DNA of 9,102 nucleotides, from positions 1-9,102 of the forward strand of contig JBJCIZ010000718.1 of the NCBI GenBank assembly GCA_051294375.1. The letters are read 5' to 3'. This document shows positions 8,035 to 9,102 of the stretch, one piece after another. Source of the stretch: Paraspadella gotoi (Eukaryota > Animalia > Chaetognatha). The notes beneath the pieces are model-generated. The model made no database searches, was not told the origin of the DNA, and saw nothing but the letters and a program-made list of their open reading frames with translations. The first letter of the stretch is position 1. Each line of letters starts with the position of its first letter. A program made the position numbers and the translations under genes.

Positions 8035-8280
8035 GAGCGTCTCATTGCGACGCGGGGTGGAGACCACGTGGGTCGCGCGCCGGAGGCTGCTAGCATTAAT
8101 GCCGTGGGCAGCGTCAAGTGCACAGCAGCGGCTGCGACTAAGGGAGATCCACTACAGCAGCTGCCATCCGAAGGCAGCATGTTTGGAGGCGCAAGCTCTG
8201 CCGGTGCCGCCGACGCCGCCGGCGCATCGACCGCCGGAGAATTGTAAGTTCCGGTCGCTGCGACTATAAAACTAGAGAAC
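8035..8280. other. GC/CpG-rich exon-like island, strand unresolved
   Basis: Sharp compositional break from the flanking GA tracts, with Ala/Gly- (+) or Ala/Pro-rich (-) open frames. The + strand has agcATG at 8179 and a perfect gtaagt donor at 8244-8249. The - strand has a ctacag acceptor at 8281-8283 but no good donor. Confidence 0.45.
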
Positions 8281-8507
8281 CTGTAGATTGGGGACCAGAT
8301 GGAGGTGAGGAGGAGAGGGAGAAGAGGAGAGGGAGGAAAGCGAGAATAAAACATGGGGAAAAGGAGGAAGATTATAAAAGAAACCGGGAACAAGGAGGAG
8401 GAACGAAGCAGTATAAAGAAAATAGCAAAAAGCGATTAAAGAAAATGCTAAAGAGATATGAAATGGTGAGAAGAATGACAAATAAAAAGAGAATAAGAGT
8501 TGAAGCA

Positions 8508-8592
8508 GAAAGAGAAGAGAAGAGAAGAGAAGAGAAGAGAGAAGAGAAGAGAAGAGAAGAAGAAGAGAATGATGAAGAGAAGAGAAGAGAAG
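8508..8592 (+). repeat. (AGAAG)n pentanucleotide repeat
   Basis: Seen directly. Confidence 0.9.
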
Positions 8593-9102
8593 ATTGAAGA
8601 AGATAGACGGACAAGGTCGAAAGAGCGCGAACGAAGCGAAAGACCCAAAACCGCAAAGTGGGACTAATTTCACCAGCACATTTCATGAAAGAACAAAAAT
8701 CACAATTAACATCACCACAAAAATAATAATTTAGTTATCGCATAGTTTATCTTAAATCTTAAATTGCCAAGAAATAAAACAAAAACAACAAAAAAACATT
8801 TAAATACCCAAAACCGTATGGTTAATGGTTTTACATTTGTTTAATGTTGAAACAAAAAAAAAACCCATAAATAACGAGCAACGTCAGCGATATGAAAAAA
8901 TTTTTCTTAAAACACAAACAAAACTCACAAATCGCTTAAAAACAAACTCTACCAAAAAATACAAGAAGCTTGCTGACTCATGTCACAAAATACGGCGCAC
9001 AACCAAAGAATTTCTCAACTGAAGCGAGAATTTGAAAAGGAAAAGTTCTTGAACGTCGACGCGAAGGCAACTGGGAGGGAGCACCGGGAGAGGTCGCATG
9101 AC

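Noticed and set aside
8278-8288. aacctgtagat resembles the 5' end of the miR-10/miR-100 family
   Set aside because: The similarity stops after about 11 nt and no precursor hairpin is evident.
591-8686. Most supplied ORFs (ERERER, SLSLSL, poly-F, poly-K, poly-M, poly-T types), including the 240-aa ORF 5094..5816(-)
   Set aside because: They are open only because GA/CT/CTTT/GAC repeats lack stop codons. They have no domain-like content, and many start at non-ATG codons.
8660-8735. Plus-strand acceptor actaatttcaccag as partner for the 8244 donor
   Set aside because: The downstream sequence is AT-rich and hits a stop within about 20 codons in both relevant phases, so support is insufficient.

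Overview
This looks like eukaryotic (probably non-vertebrate) intronic or intergenic DNA, not a prokaryotic or viral locus. It is a sea of (GA)n/(CT)n, (GAC)n/(GTC)n, (CAT)n, (CTTT)n and (AGAAG)n simple repeats and A-rich tracts, mostly purine-rich on the + strand, with short unique-sequence islands between them. Nearly all supplied ORFs are artefacts of these repeats. I found no recognisable gene, tRNA, rRNA, CRISPR array or transposase. The clearest structure is an exact 233-bp direct duplication (269-501 = 927-1159). Each copy holds a 157-nt minus-strand exon-like unit with canonical splice sites, followed by a four-run G-tract. Other candidates are several minus-strand (micro)exons, a dense transcription-factor motif cluster at about 4900-5030, and a GC-rich exon-like island at about 8035-8280. 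All exon and regulatory calls are read by eye and unvalidated. I cannot support a new biological system from this sequence alone.
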